Of a stretch of DNA of 64,000 bases, positions 62,753 to 64,000 are shown one piece after another. This DNA is from Sandaracinaceae bacterium (GTDB lineage: Bacteria; Myxococcota_A; Polyangia; Polyangiales; Sandaracinaceae). Under the pieces are notes generated by a model. The model was given only the letters and a program-made list of their open reading frames with translations, was not told where the DNA came from and did not search any database. How positions within the stretch are numbered: the first letter of the stretch is position 1; the number at the start of each line of letters is the position of its first letter. The stretch is taken from NCBI GenBank assembly GCA_019694315.1, contig JAIBCE010000005.1:3487-67486 (forward strand), in the 5' to 3' direction. A program made the position numbers and the translations under genes.

Positions 62753-63436
62753 TCACTGGAAGTTCTGCGCGGCGTACACGCCGCTCGGGCCCTCGTAGAA
62801 GCCGCATGCGACCATCGAGAACGACGTGCTCGACATGTTGAGGTAGTGGCCGTGCGCAGGCGGGCCGTAGAAGTCGCCCGGGCCCTCGTCCCACATCTGC
62901 TGCAGGCAGCCGCTCACGGTCGAGTCCACCGAGGGCCAGCCCGGGCACTCGTTCTGCGCGTAGCCACCGCTGCAGATGCGGCCGATGAAGCCCGCGTGCG
63001 CCATGCCCGGGTGCTCGCTGTCGTACTGCGCCATCTGGTTCGCGCAGGCCTCGCCGTCGCGCCAGCGCATGAGCGGCGGCAGATGCTGGCACTCGCAACG
63101 AAACTGGTTGATGCGGCGGACGCAGTCCTCGGCGGGATCGCCCGTCGAGGGCATCGGCGCGGGCATGCAGCCCGCGATGGGAAGATCGAGCGGCGTGCCC
63201 ATCGTGCAGTCGCCGAGGGGCGCGATGTACGCGTCGGGGCTCGTCGTCATCGCCGCATCCACCGCAGGCGGGCTCCACGCATCCACCGGCACGGCGGTGC
63301 CCGTGTCCACCGCGACGCCGGCCGCGTCGGGCGCCACGGCGCCGCTGTCGACGTGCTCCGAGGAGATCAGCGTTCCCTCGCACGCGGTGAGCGAGGAGAT
63401 CCCGAGGGCAGCGAGGGCGATCGCAGCGACGCGCAT
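62753..63436 (-). CDS. CAP/SCP (cysteine-rich secretory protein) domain lipoprotein
   Basis: ATG at 63436 (alternative GTG at 63451). Lipobox ISSLTAC. INQFRCE..., ...HGHYLNMSS..F..VACG pattern of the CAP superfamily. Confidence 0.55.
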   Translation of the reverse strand: MRVAAIALAALGISSLTACEGTLISSEHVDSGAVAPDAAGVAVDTGTAVPVDAWSPPAVDAAMTTSPDAYIAPLGDCTMGTPLDLPIAGCMPAPMPSTGDPAEDCVRRINQFRCECQHLPPLMRWRDGEACANQMAQYDSEHPGMAHAGFIGRICSGGYAQNECPGWPSVDSTVSGCLQQMWDEGPGDFYGPPAHGHYLNMSSTSFSMVACGFYEGPSGVYAAQNFQ

Positions 63437-63676
63437 CCGCCGATCATACACGAGCGGGCCCGGCCTCGACCCACCCCCCCACGGAGCGTGAGCGTCCCGT
63501 CGCTGGGGGGTTGACCCCGGCCATCGGCCCCAGGATTATTTCGCGCACGAAATATCCGCCCGCGAAGGGATCGTCTCGGGATCGATCCCGAGACCTCGCG
63601 AGCGAGGCGGTGCGCCGCGGCGCGCCGACCGACCCCGGCAAGCCAGAAACCAACGAAAACCGAACGAGGCGAGGCG

Positions 63677-64000
63677 ATGAGCGAGCTCAGGTACGACGGC
63701 AAGGTCGCGGTGATCACCGGTGCAGGCAACGGCCTCGGGCGCGCCCACGCGCTCGCGTTCGCCAAGCGCGGCGCGAAGGTGGTGGTGAACGATCTCGGCG
63801 GCAGCCACACCGGCGAGGGCAAGTCCTCGACGGCCGCGGACAAGGTGGTCGACGAGATCAAGGCGATGGGCGGCCAGGCCGTCGCCAACTACGACTCGGT
63901 CGAGAACGGCGAGGCCATCGTGAAGACCGCGATGGACGCGTTCGGGCGCATCGACGTGCTCGTGAACAACGCGGGCATCCTGCGCGACGTCTCGTTCGTG
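63677..64000 (+). CDS. short-chain dehydrogenase/reductase (MFE-2 / hydroxyacyl-CoA dehydrogenase-like), 5' part, runs off the window
   Basis: ATG at 63677. [33 protein letters not shown] and [11 protein letters not shown]. Confidence 0.75.
   Translation, partial: MSELRYDGKVAVITGAGNGLGRAHALAFAKRGAKVVVNDLGGSHTGEGKSSTAADKVVDEIKAMGGQAVANYDSVENGEAIVKTAMDAFGRIDVLVNNAGILRDVSFV

Noticed and set aside
53327-63514. Long plus-strand ORFs (53327..56128, 58860..61241, 61331..63514) opposite the Cys-rich protein operon
   Set aside because: They are antisense to frames with strong, repeated and recognisable protein motifs, and their translations are Arg/Ala/Val strings without structure.

Overview
High-GC (about 70% by eye, not computed) chromosomal segment that looks myxobacterial: MYXO-CTERM-type sorting tags, MopE-motif cysteine-rich secreted proteins, and STPK/STAND regulators. 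Housekeeping genes (holA, rsmG, dapF, tcdA, tatD, class I fumarase) are interspersed with accessory material. Four things stand out. (1) A defence island of about 13 kb (16.5-29.2 kb) is built on a type I R-M system. Its hsdR and hsdM are separated by 5.1 kb of cargo: an Mrr-like nuclease, a minimal CHAT/caspase-like protein, a duplicated hsdR 3' fragment, an unclassifiable 272-aa protein, and a HipA-like kinase with a DUF3037-like partner. Its hsdS is broken by one extra G in a G6 tract. A Tag-like glycosylase carrying an EndoIII-type Cys4 motif sits next to it. (2) A 2.0 kb head-to-tail array (32469-34495) holds 13 copies of a 152-167 nt hairpin-rich unit that appears non-coding, with a 482 bp higher-order period. 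I could not assign it to any known element class, and I consider it the most unusual object in the window. (3) A dispersed family of hairpin-rich intergenic repeats occurs at 35.1-35.7, 42.1-42.3 and 43.9-44.2 kb. (4) There are paralogous secreted Cys-rich proteins: two tandem trypsin-like proteases and a three-gene operon of giant MopE-motif proteins. I recognised no rRNA, tRNA, CRISPR array, transposase or integrase. Many long ORFs in the track are antisense or out-of-frame artefacts of the high GC content and were not called.
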